Below are positions 38,367-47,952 of a stretch of DNA of 64,000 nucleotides, in pieces; within the stretch, counting starts at the first letter, position 1, and each line of letters begins with the position of its first letter. The stretch comes from Oscillospiraceae bacterium (GTDB lineage: Bacteria; Bacillota; Clostridia; Oscillospirales; Oscillospiraceae): assembly GCA_031281255.1 (NCBI GenBank), contig JAITFR010000214.1, positions 7,996 to 71,995 of the forward strand, in the 5' to 3' direction. Made by a program: the position numbers and the translations under genes. Below the pieces are notes generated by a model, which worked only from the letters and a program-made list of their open reading frames with translations, searched no databases and was not told where the DNA came from.

Positions 38367-40379
38367 CTAACCCCTTCTCCCTTTTAACAACCTATACACC
38401 TTCGGGTGTCTATGTTTTATGTTCTCAATTATAGAAAAACGCAGCAGTGAAAATAATTTATAATCGTTAAACCGTGAATATAAATGGTTAAGAGTCAGTG
38501 AGGATGTATCAATCTCAGCTCGCATTTCATCAGAATATGTTTTATAATCCTCGATTTCATAGTTAAGCATACCTATTTTCGCTCTAAGTTCATCTACAAT
38601 ATATTCTAAATTGTGTCTATAGTCTTCGTATAGTGCGATTGAATTATCATTCAGCTCAATAGTATGCTCTAATGATTTAAACAATAACCATCTGCCGGCT
38701 ATTATATCATAATTTATCGGCTTTAACATTAACATACAAACAAACTTATTTAATTCAACTACAAATTTATCCCAACTCCACTCTATCGGAGTTATACTAT
38801 GTTTATTATTTAATATATCTTCTATTAGCGAGTTTATCTCATTATGTATTTTAAAAAGATACAGATTTTCTGAATTATTTTGCAAAATTTCCTTATGCTC
38901 GTGGTTTAACTCACAATCAAAAAGTAAAATTGGTTTATCTGCAAACAACGCTTCATATACCGGAAACCCAAACCCTTCATAGCAACTTGGAAATAACACC
39001 ATATCACAGTTGTTATATAATAGCGATATAAAACCATTCTCTAAACTCCCACTATCATATCCATAAACATTCGAATATAGTAACTTATCTCCACCATAAC
39101 CAATTATGATAAAATTATTATCATTATTTCGGATTTCATTAATTACCTCGTTTAGCATTTTGTGCTTTAACGCATTACCCATTACTAATATATATTTATC
39201 AAAAGGTAACTCTATATCAACAGGTTCTGTTCTATAAAGTTTTGGTGGATTTTTTATTTTAATAATCTCTATATCTTTTAAAACATACTCATCAATAAAA
39301 TATGCTAATAAATCATTTTTTGAAAAATCACTAACGCATACAATTCCATCAATTAATGAAAACAATAATCTAAAACCTTCATCCATCTCATCTATTTTGC
39401 ACCTTACATAATTGCATCTTAGCATGATAATATCATGTACAAAGACAATGATTTTCAAAGCACATCTATTCAAATAACATAAGTGTTTTTTATTAATATA
39501 ATGAAAACCAACAATTGCTATATCAAAGAGTTCTTCACTGGTTTCATCACTTATAGTTTTGTATCCTTGAGCAGAAATCAAAAAATACTCATCAGCATCA
39601 GGTGGTATAAAGACATATATGTCATATTCTTCAAAATACTTTTTTACAAAACTACTCATTAGTGATAAATTATGCTCATTTACGCCATTATACCGTGGCT
39701 GTACTTGAAATAAATCAATTAGTACTTTCTTTTTTCTTTTACTTGCTACAAGTAAGCCGGAAAAATGATCTACAGCACTAGTATCATATCTTTCATACAG
39801 CATTTCCAACTTATTTAAATATGGGTATTGCTTATTTAATAAATCTTCCTGCTTTTCATCAAAAATAGTATTGGTGTTTTTAATTTGTAAAACAGCATAA
39901 TTGCTTTGAATAGTCGAGTAACCATAATCACTAATAAACAAACAGAACTTTTTTAGTTGATAATAAATTGAATCATATCCGGTAAAATCACAAAGATGCC
40001 AAAACAAGTTATAAACTCTGCGTTTTATCATCACACATATTGTATCATTAAAATAAACACGATGATAAAGCGGAATGTTTTCAACATTTAAAATACTTTT
40101 AATATCACTTTTTGGTATTGATATTCCATGCTTCTCTGCCGCTTCTAAGGATTTGATTAGAGAAGTAATCGATTCGTTATCTAACTGCATATCACTATCC
40201 ACAAAAAGTAAATCATCTTTTGTATCAATCTGAGAGCATATCTCAAATATACGCTCTGTCAAATCTGGTTCAGATTGTAAAAGAGTATAAACTTTTTTTA
40301 TAGCTTTATGATGATGCCACATCTCTTCTATTTTATGCACATCATCATCTGCTTTAGTTATACAAAGAAGAATTAACAA
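38367..40379 (-). CDS. Paralog of 36277..38286: truncated GT-A-like N-domain, GT4 domain, coiled coil and conserved tail
   Basis: FPSCYEGFGFPVYEAL (GT4). N-terminal LLFVDSDMQLDNESI. The tail is LTLNHLYSRFNDYKLFSLLRFSIIENIKHRHPKVYRLL. The start codon is uncertain (TTG at 40379 overlaps the upstream gene). Confidence 0.75.
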   Translation of the reverse strand: MLILLCITKADDDVHKIEEMWHHHKAIKKVYTLLQSEPDLTERIFEICSQIDTKDDLLFVDSDMQLDNESITSLIKSLEAAEKHGISIPKSDIKSILNVENIPLYHRVYFNDTICVMIKRRVYNLFWHLCDFTGYDSIYYQLKKFCLFISDYGYSTIQSNYAVLQIKNTNTIFDEKQEDLLNKQYPYLNKLEMLYERYDTSAVDHFSGLLVASKRKKKVLIDLFQVQPRYNGVNEHNLSLMSSFVKKYFEEYDIYVFIPPDADEYFLISAQGYKTISDETSEELFDIAIVGFHYINKKHLCYLNRCALKIIVFVHDIIMLRCNYVRCKIDEMDEGFRLLFSLIDGIVCVSDFSKNDLLAYFIDEYVLKDIEIIKIKNPPKLYRTEPVDIELPFDKYILVMGNALKHKMLNEVINEIRNNDNNFIIIGYGGDKLLYSNVYGYDSGSLENGFISLLYNNCDMVLFPSCYEGFGFPVYEALFADKPILLFDCELNHEHKEILQNNSENLYLFKIHNEINSLIEDILNNKHSITPIEWSWDKFVVELNKFVCMLMLKPINYDIIAGRWLLFKSLEHTIELNDNSIALYEDYRHNLEYIVDELRAKIGMLNYEIEDYKTYSDEMRAEIDTSSLTLNHLYSRFNDYKLFSLLRFSIIENIKHRHPKVYRLLKGRRG

Positions 40380-42055
40380 ATCTTTTTTCTCCTTTTATAT
40401 ATAACTTTATAAATACCAAAACCTAATGCTAAAACAGCAATCCATGCAATAATAAACACAGGAAAATTATACCTGTCTATAAAGGATTGTGATACACTAT
40501 TGAGTAATTGATATCCTAAAGATGTTGTTGAACTAATAAAAGAAATAATAAAACTAACAGAGTCCTTTAATAATATCAACATTACAATCGAAGTTACCCA
40601 CACAAAAGGCAGCAGCAAAAAACCTAATGTAAACATAAAGTTTGCCGGTTTTTGTGTAACTTTAAAATACCCTGTAATAATAGGTCCTGCTGACTTTACT
40701 TGATCAAATGGTTCTGCAAGTTCTATCATTTCAGGGAAAAAACTATGAATAAATGAGGGTGTTGAAAAAACAGCATACCCAATCGCACCATTTTCATTAG
40801 CTCTTATCATACTGGGTTCTCGACTTATACTCCACGTTAAATAAGTATCTCCTCCATAAAAATTAATACTTGTTAAGTATGAGTCAGTTACACCGCGTAT
40901 TACTGATAATGGTTGCCTGGTAATATTTCTAAAGAACACTGATAATGCGTCGTTTAATGATAATTCACTGGTACACGTTACACCTTCGACAATATATTCA
41001 TCAATTAACTCACCATCTAAAGTATAAAATGAAACTCTCATATCTGAATCATTTGCAGCGCTATATTTTATGAAATCAGTTTGAGGTGTAAATATCCCAA
41101 TAAATAAACGCTCTGAGCGTCGCCCAACCATGTAGTAATTATCATCTGAGGCATCCGGCAATATTTGATTCCACACCGTTATACTTATTACTGTCACAAT
41201 TATTGAGTATATTAGCAACCTAACAGGACGGGTTATACGTTTTAATCCTTGTTTTTGTACAATCGACATAAAAAGAATTGCTAAAACTGCTCCAACATTA
41301 AACATTAAATAATTCTGCTTCAGAAAATACAGTATAGGAAACAATGATATTATCGTTACTAAACTGACACGATACTTCCAGTTTATGCGACTTAACTTCG
41401 AGTTTGAGTAATAAACAATTGAAAAATATACTAGCGCCGCCACTAGAAATGTTGCTAAGTGTTCAGTGAGCATTACATGATAATACCCAAAAAATAATGG
41501 ACATAATCCTACAAAAGCATATATTAGTATTCCGGTTGTTAGCTTCTTATTATTAGTATCCAGCATCAATACCTTATTAGCAATCAAGTAGTATAAAACC
41601 AACGTTGCAGCATAAACAACATATTGAACAATTAATACAGCATATGCATTATACCCAAAAATCGACGTTGTAAACCACAAGTACAATGGAAACGTAGGTC
41701 CTCTGACAACATCCCAATAATCCATTGGTACTTCTCCATTTATTATTGGCAGGTATGATAAGTAATGTGCTGAATCCCAAGTAATCACAATGTTATACCA
41801 AATAAACAATAAAAAAGAAAATACACCCAATGCAGGAAGAATAAAGTAAGGTTTATATACTTTTTCAAAGAATAGGGTTGTAATAATTACACCAATTGTA
41901 GCAGCAGTAAATAATGCCCAAAAAAACTTCCCATTTAACTCCACGTTTCGCCCCATCATTGTAATAACAGGAGAAAAATATACAAAAACAGCTGCTGCAA
42001 CATAAATAGCAGATATTGGTATAACTACAGATAATTTTAACTTTTTATTTTTCAT
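40373..42055 (-). CDS. Polytopic membrane protein with a large extracytoplasmic loop/domain (GT-C-like; uncharacterised family), paralog of 45394..47523
   Basis: Multiple TM helices. Conserved loop WDSAHYLSYLPIINGEVPMDYWDVVRGPTFPLYLW and shared C-terminus ...DRYNFPVFIIAWIAVLALGFGIYKVIYKRRKKI. Confidence 0.7.
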   Translation of the reverse strand: MKNKKLKLSVVIPISAIYVAAAVFVYFSPVITMMGRNVELNGKFFWALFTAATIGVIITTLFFEKVYKPYFILPALGVFSFLLFIWYNIVITWDSAHYLSYLPIINGEVPMDYWDVVRGPTFPLYLWFTTSIFGYNAYAVLIVQYVVYAATLVLYYLIANKVLMLDTNNKKLTTGILIYAFVGLCPLFFGYYHVMLTEHLATFLVAALVYFSIVYYSNSKLSRINWKYRVSLVTIISLFPILYFLKQNYLMFNVGAVLAILFMSIVQKQGLKRITRPVRLLIYSIIVTVISITVWNQILPDASDDNYYMVGRRSERLFIGIFTPQTDFIKYSAANDSDMRVSFYTLDGELIDEYIVEGVTCTSELSLNDALSVFFRNITRQPLSVIRGVTDSYLTSINFYGGDTYLTWSISREPSMIRANENGAIGYAVFSTPSFIHSFFPEMIELAEPFDQVKSAGPIITGYFKVTQKPANFMFTLGFLLLPFVWVTSIVMLILLKDSVSFIISFISSTTSLGYQLLNSVSQSFIDRYNFPVFIIAWIAVLALGFGIYKVIYKRRKKIC

Positions 42056-42070
42056 TTTTATGACTATTCC

Positions 42071-44446
42071 TCACATATATGCTTTAATTATGTCACTCTC
42101 AATGTTTATCCAAGAGCGTTCTTTGGCTGTTTCTATTCCATTAATAATCAGTTTATTCCTTAAATCTTCATCTTTTAATACTGATTCGATTTTATCTAAT
42201 GCTTCAATAATATTCCCATGCTTGTAAATTAAACAATTATAGTTATCTATTGCAAACTCTTTATTTCCATCATTAGCTATAGCAATTACTACACCGCCGG
42301 TTGCCATCATTTCCAGTATTGGATAAGAAAAACTTTCAAACAAACTTGTCTTTATCAATATATGTGCGTTTTTATAAATCTCAGCAACTTGTTCATATGG
42401 AACTTTATGAAACAGTTTATCATATTTATACCAGTTTTTGGGATATCCCATATATGACAAGTATATCACTTCAAATCTATCTCTATCAAGTTTGTTTGTA
42501 ATTGTAAATGCTTCATCTACATTTCTAAAATCTATACTGCAATCCCCTTCAATAAGAATTGTTATCTTCTTAGTATAATCGCGTTTACTCTCATTAAATA
42601 AAGCTATATCAATACCATTCTTAATAAAATTAGGGGATTGCTTAAAATCACTTATTAGCCAATCTCTGCACCATGCCGACACTGTTAAATACTTTAAATC
42701 ATTCCTACAATATGATGAATTAGCTTCCATTCTATTTAAAGTATCATTTTTATTAAAAAATTCAGTCTCAAATCCCTGAACAAGATAATATTTCTCGCCA
42801 ATACCGGTCATACTATCCATACACTTCACGGTTAGGCACATAGTGGCTACTACAGCATTTATCTGTCCCTCAATACCATTTGTTTTATAACTTATAACAG
42901 GTATCTCTCTGCCGTTAGAAAAAGCAGTGTCTTCTTCGTCGCTCATATTTATAATAAAAACATCACACCCATTTTTTTGCAATATCTCACAATGTTTAAC
43001 TACTACATTATACCCTCCGCACACAAGCAAACTAGGTAAGATAAAAGCTATATTTTTCTTAATTGTTTTATATAAATACTCTTTTAATTCTAAACCTGTA
43101 TTAAATTGTTGCTCACTACTATTTATCTTATACACTGTTTTATTTAACTTTTCCGCAATACTAATAAAATCCTCTACAATCTCATTAAGTAAACAATTAA
43201 CAAAAACAAAACCTCTATAATTTTTTATAGAACCGGGATTTATATTTTCTATACTTATTGATACTGCACTAACATTGTAGTAGCCAAGTTTTTCTACATA
43301 CTCATTTGCAGCTATTTTAGCAATTTTATCATCATATAAAAATAAGAAATCGTTAAAATACGCTGGTTTTGGGTCATGTACCGGGGTTAGTTCATAATAT
43401 ATACCCATTCGGCGAGTTATATAATATATTATTTTTCCTATTAAAAAACGTCCGCCACGTTTTTTATACAATTCTTTTGATTTTCTAAATAAAACTCTAA
43501 GCCTGCGAAATAGTCCTTTTGGATAATTAATTGTAGCACCGGTTTGTTTATTACTTGCTTTGTTATTATAGTTTAAAGCATTAACTTTGTTTATATAACT
43601 CTTGTCAAAAACTATACTTTCATATTTAATTAAATCTTTATAATCGTTCTTTTTTAATCTCTTTTTTACATACTTCACAGGGTCGTTCTTTAGATATTTC
43701 TTAATATCCTTATTGTATTGATCTCCCCATTTAGATAAAAATAGATCTCTGTTTTTCTTTCTTAGAACATCAGCATCCGAAAAACTATTATAAGACACTT
43801 CCGCTTTGTGGAATACATATGTATCAATTGCTATTACTGCTTTATACCCTAACTCAACCGCTCTATATTGATAATCTGTTTCTTCTCCATACCCTCTGCC
43901 ATATGCTTCATCGAGATTACCAACCTTTTCATAACAATCCCTGGTTATTATTAAACAATTCCCAATAATTGTGCACGCCTTAAAGCTCTTACCTTTAAAA
44001 CGTTTTTCCAGTAGTTTGTCAAACTTAATATAATCGTATCCTTCAGGAATATCTATTGATAAGTTTGCTGCATTATTAGAAAGTGGCGAAATTAATCCAC
44101 ACTTCAAATCCTTAGATAGAATGTCAACCATTTTTTTAATACTATCTTCAGCCAGTAAACAATCCGAGTTTAAAAGCATTATGTTATCAGCTTTAGTCGC
44201 TTTAAGACCTTTGTTGCAAGTTTTAACAAATCCTAAGTTCTTTGTGTTTTCTAATGCTACTATATTTTTATGTTTCTTTGATAATTCTCTAATTAATTGT
44301 TTTGTTTCATCGTTTGAGCAATCATCCACAATTATTACGTTATTTAAATATCCGTTAATATCAGATAAATAAACAGCTTCAATGCATAACTCCAACCATT
44401 CGGGAGCATTGTACACAGGTATAACTATATCACAACTATTTTTCAT
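42071..44446 (-). CDS. Two-domain glycosyltransferase (N-terminal GT2, C-terminal GT4-like)
   Basis: CDIVIPVYNAPEWL, IIVDDCSNDET and LLNSDC (GT2). C-terminal SLFESFSYPILEMMATGGVVIA (GT-B E-x7-E-like). Confidence 0.85.
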   Translation of the reverse strand: MKNSCDIVIPVYNAPEWLELCIEAVYLSDINGYLNNVIIVDDCSNDETKQLIRELSKKHKNIVALENTKNLGFVKTCNKGLKATKADNIMLLNSDCLLAEDSIKKMVDILSKDLKCGLISPLSNNAANLSIDIPEGYDYIKFDKLLEKRFKGKSFKACTIIGNCLIITRDCYEKVGNLDEAYGRGYGEETDYQYRAVELGYKAVIAIDTYVFHKAEVSYNSFSDADVLRKKNRDLFLSKWGDQYNKDIKKYLKNDPVKYVKKRLKKNDYKDLIKYESIVFDKSYINKVNALNYNNKASNKQTGATINYPKGLFRRLRVLFRKSKELYKKRGGRFLIGKIIYYITRRMGIYYELTPVHDPKPAYFNDFLFLYDDKIAKIAANEYVEKLGYYNVSAVSISIENINPGSIKNYRGFVFVNCLLNEIVEDFISIAEKLNKTVYKINSSEQQFNTGLELKEYLYKTIKKNIAFILPSLLVCGGYNVVVKHCEILQKNGCDVFIINMSDEEDTAFSNGREIPVISYKTNGIEGQINAVVATMCLTVKCMDSMTGIGEKYYLVQGFETEFFNKNDTLNRMEANSSYCRNDLKYLTVSAWCRDWLISDFKQSPNFIKNGIDIALFNESKRDYTKKITILIEGDCSIDFRNVDEAFTITNKLDRDRFEVIYLSYMGYPKNWYKYDKLFHKVPYEQVAEIYKNAHILIKTSLFESFSYPILEMMATGGVVIAIANDGNKEFAIDNYNCLIYKHGNIIEALDKIESVLKDEDLRNKLIINGIETAKERSWINIESDIIKAYM

Positions 44447-44467
44447 AATTACTCTATTATATACGAA

Positions 44468-45397
44468 CTAACTCCTGCTCGCAACTATCTCCTGTACCAC
44501 TTTTACTGCGCCGTTTTTATTAACCTGCTCGGTCAAACGTTTAGATAATATTAATCTCTGTTTATAGTTACTCAAAAGTGCTGCAACTTTTTGTTTTAAA
44601 TTACTTAAATCCACATTATTCCAATCTCCAACACTTTCAATAAGATTATTTCGCGACATATACTCTGTAACAAAATTTTGATTGTCAGCTTGTTTTATTG
44701 TTATTGCTGGTAATCCAAGTGCTGCTACTTCATATATCATTGATCCGGACGATGTTACTGCAATATCGCATTTTTGCATTATCTCCACCATGGATTTTGG
44801 TGTTTTATGAACTTTCACTCTATCTTTTCCGTATTTTTCTGCAAAAAGTAACACTTCTTCATCATTTTTAGTGTATTTACCTAATACAACATTTAAATAA
44901 ACACCATCTATTTGACACAGAGTTTTAATAGTTCTTGGTGTCGTGTTGTGTAAATCAGTACCGCCAAAACAAACAAATATTGTATTTGCATTTTCTTTTA
45001 TAACTATTGGTTTTGCTTCTCTAAACTCTCTACGTAACAGGGCATACTCTCCACCAAGTAAAAGTTTTGGTGTTTTTGCTCCAAACTTAAACTTTAGCTC
45101 ATTCGCATACAAATTAGCATTTACTAACATATCACAACTATAAGTATACAACGCATTATCATCATAACACACCAGGGTGCGGTTAGGGGCATTTAGATTT
45201 TTAATATAATCATTACTGACTTTGTATGTATCAACGATTATTAAATCAAACCCGTTGTAATCAATATGTTCGTCCTCTTCTGTAAAAAACTCACATATAT
45301 AACCAAGATCAGTAAATACATCAGCTAATGCAGACATACGCACAAAATGCCCCGTGCCTGTTTCGCTCCCTATATCAATTCTAAACGCTATTTTCAA
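44468..45397 (-). CDS. pseG: UDP-2,4-diacetamido-2,4,6-trideoxy-beta-L-altropyranose hydrolase (PseG)
   Basis: MKIAFRIDIGSETGTGHFVRMSALA (GxGHxxR) and FVCFGGTDLHNTT blocks are typical of PseG/SpsG. The TTG start overlaps the upstream stop (TTGA), with an AAGGAGA SD. Confidence 0.8.
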   Translation of the reverse strand: MKIAFRIDIGSETGTGHFVRMSALADVFTDLGYICEFFTEEDEHIDYNGFDLIIVDTYKVSNDYIKNLNAPNRTLVCYDDNALYTYSCDMLVNANLYANELKFKFGAKTPKLLLGGEYALLRREFREAKPIVIKENANTIFVCFGGTDLHNTTPRTIKTLCQIDGVYLNVVLGKYTKNDEEVLLFAEKYGKDRVKVHKTPKSMVEIMQKCDIAVTSSGSMIYEVAALGLPAITIKQADNQNFVTEYMSRNNLIESVGDWNNVDLSNLKQKVAALLSNYKQRLILSKRLTEQVNKNGAVKVVQEIVASRS

Positions 45398-47523
45398 ATG
45401 GTTTTTCTCCTTTTAGAAAGAACTTTATAAATACCAACACCCAACGCAAATATTGCTATCCAGGTTGATATATATACAGGAAAACTATACCTGTCAAGTA
45501 ACGATTGTGAAATTGCATTTAGAAATCGATACCCAAATGATATTGAGGAACTTATGAAAGCAATAACGAATGCAGTTTCTTTCTTGAAGAAAAATAAAAA
45601 TGCAAAAGATCCTATCCATATAAAAGGTAACAGTAAAAATCCTATTGTAAACAAAATGTTTGAAAGTATGCTCATACGCCAGAAGAAATCTGTCACTGTA
45701 ACACCTGCTGTTTTCTTATGTACGAATGGATCGACAAAATGCTGTAAGCTAGGTGACACATGATAAACATTTGAATATTCTTCAGAATAGAAAGTGAAAC
45801 TGCCAAGTGTCATATTTTCATTTCCTCTTAGCATAGGAGATCTACTTCTATCAATTCTATAAACTACTCCATCAGCAGTAGATGCATGATACCAGTTTGA
45901 ACCTGTTAAATATGAATCAACAAACCCTCTAATTGTTAACATCGGTTGTCGTGTTATATTCTTAAAGAATATATTTATTGCATCTGGAACAGATAATTGA
46001 CTAATATTTTGTATACCATCTACTACATAATCATCAACCAGTTTCCCATTGATATCAAAAAAGGAAACTCGCATATCTGCATAGTCTGATGTAGTAAATT
46101 GAATAAAATCAGAAGTTGTTGGTACAAATATAAGTAGTAGCAAACGATTAGGTTGCCGTGCTAACACACTATAATCCTCACTATCATCAACATTTGGTAA
46201 GATATTGTTCCATATTGTTATACTTATAATAAGAGCAATAAGAGTGTACATAAATAAACGTAAAGCACGAAACACACTCCTAATACTACATTTTTGAATT
46301 AATACTATTAAAATAATTGATAGCACAACACAAAGAGACATCATAAGGTAGTTTTGTCTCAGAAAGTATAGCATTGGGCTTAATATAACAATAAATAAAA
46401 TAGATAATTTATAACTCCTATTGATTTCTTGACTGTCTTCTTTCTCATAGTACACTAATGCTAAATATATAATAACAGCTACTGCCAAAGATGCTATAAA
46501 CTCTGTTAGCATTACATGATAATATCCAAAAACCAGTGGATTAAGACCAATGATTATATAAATTAAAACACCGGTTGTAAGTTTTTTATTTATTGTATTT
46601 AGTGGTAAAAGTTTTTCAGCAATAAGATAGTATGTATATAATGTAGCAATATAAAGAAAATAATGAACTATTAACATAGAAGTTACAGGTTCTCCAAGAG
46701 ATTTGTTAATAATAAATAAAAATAATGGATATGTAAATCCTCTAACAGCATTCCAGTAATCCATTGATAAAGTGCCTTCAATTATTGGCACATATGATAG
46801 ATAGTGAGCAGTATCCCATGTTACTATTATTGAATAACTATAAAACAGTACGAATGAGAATACCCCAAGCAAAGGTAGAATATAGCGAGGTCTATAAAGC
46901 TTTTCAAAAAATACTGTAAATACAGAAACAATAATAATTAATAATACATATATAGTCCAGAAAGTAAAATTATAAAATTCATGTAAATTACCAATCAACC
47001 TAACATCAAATGCCATTGCATATAATAGTTCTCCGTTAACATATAACGGTTCAACATCAGCACCTTCAATTAATCTTAAAGCAACACAGTTGCCGGTTTC
47101 TGAATCTGGTGCATGAAGTTCCAAGTCGTATATCTCCCCGGGTACAAGAGATAGAGTTGATTCAAATGTGATGTTTAAACGCAAATTATCATGGATATCA
47201 CTAATATTAATAATACTTTTGCTAATAATTTCATCTTTTTTACTTAGTGTAGCATTAATATAACCTGTGTTCTCTCTATTGTTTGTTTCTACAAATATAC
47301 CTATATTCACAAGTCTTGACACAGGTGAAGCAAAGCTTTGTTTATACACTTTATCACTTGTTAGTTCAAGAGCTGAGGCATTTATTGTGTACACTCCATT
47401 AGTATTTAAATAGTATGATATTGCAGGTCTGGTGTTAGAAAAAATGATAACAGGTAGTATAACAATAATAGTAACGATTAAAATCATTATACTCAATATT
47501 ACTAATCTTTTTTTACTAATCAT
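45394..47523 (-). CDS. Polytopic membrane protein, paralog of 40373..42055, with an extra roughly 170-aa N-terminal extracytoplasmic domain
   Basis: Shares WDTAHYLSYVPIIEGTLSMDYWNAVRGFTYPLFLF and ...DRYSFPVYISTWIAIFALGVGIYKVLSKRRKTI with the paralog. A single N-terminal TM helix is followed by a soluble segment before the TM bundle. Confidence 0.7.
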   Translation of the reverse strand: MISKKRLVILSIMILIVTIIVILPVIIFSNTRPAISYYLNTNGVYTINASALELTSDKVYKQSFASPVSRLVNIGIFVETNNRENTGYINATLSKKDEIISKSIINISDIHDNLRLNITFESTLSLVPGEIYDLELHAPDSETGNCVALRLIEGADVEPLYVNGELLYAMAFDVRLIGNLHEFYNFTFWTIYVLLIIIVSVFTVFFEKLYRPRYILPLLGVFSFVLFYSYSIIVTWDTAHYLSYVPIIEGTLSMDYWNAVRGFTYPLFLFIINKSLGEPVTSMLIVHYFLYIATLYTYYLIAEKLLPLNTINKKLTTGVLIYIIIGLNPLVFGYYHVMLTEFIASLAVAVIIYLALVYYEKEDSQEINRSYKLSILFIVILSPMLYFLRQNYLMMSLCVVLSIILIVLIQKCSIRSVFRALRLFMYTLIALIISITIWNNILPNVDDSEDYSVLARQPNRLLLLIFVPTTSDFIQFTTSDYADMRVSFFDINGKLVDDYVVDGIQNISQLSVPDAINIFFKNITRQPMLTIRGFVDSYLTGSNWYHASTADGVVYRIDRSRSPMLRGNENMTLGSFTFYSEEYSNVYHVSPSLQHFVDPFVHKKTAGVTVTDFFWRMSILSNILFTIGFLLLPFIWIGSFAFLFFFKKETAFVIAFISSSISFGYRFLNAISQSLLDRYSFPVYISTWIAIFALGVGIYKVLSKRRKTI

Positions 47524-47547
47524 TCAAATATCACCTCTAAACTTTAA

Positions 47548-47952
47548 TCATCTGCTTTGGTTAATGTTTTCAGATATTTGTTTATTTGTAACATCATTAT
47601 TTTGTTCTAGCTCATTTATAGCAATATATTGTGTTAATTTCCGAAGCTTATCTGATAAGCTGGATACTACTAATGTTAAACTAATGCAAATACAAGTTAA
47701 GAAAGCAATACAAACTATAAACAGAGCATTTACTGGCACATCAATACCAAGTAATGTTGAAAGATTATGTAGCAATGTTGGGAAAATGCAAAACACTGCA
47801 ACTCCAACAATAGCAATTAACCAAACAAGGCAATACTTTAACTCAAGTTTTTGTCGTCGCAGTAATATTACAAAGAATACAAACATTATAGCTAAAATCG
47901 CTAACATTAACATACGTAATTCAAAAAACATAAAACTAATCTCCTTTATCAA
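47548..47952 (-). CDS. Small membrane protein (DUF2304-like) usually partnered with a GT2 enzyme
   Basis: 134 aa with 3-4 TM helices and the pattern RRQKLELKYCLVWL...FPTLL..LS.LLGI..P.NALF. It overlaps the upstream GT2 gene by 17 nt. Confidence 0.65.
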   Translation of the reverse strand: MIKEISFMFFELRMLMLAILAIMFVFFVILLRRQKLELKYCLVWLIAIVGVAVFCIFPTLLHNLSTLLGIDVPVNALFIVCIAFLTCICISLTLVVSSLSDKLRKLTQYIAINELEQNNDVTNKQISENINQSR

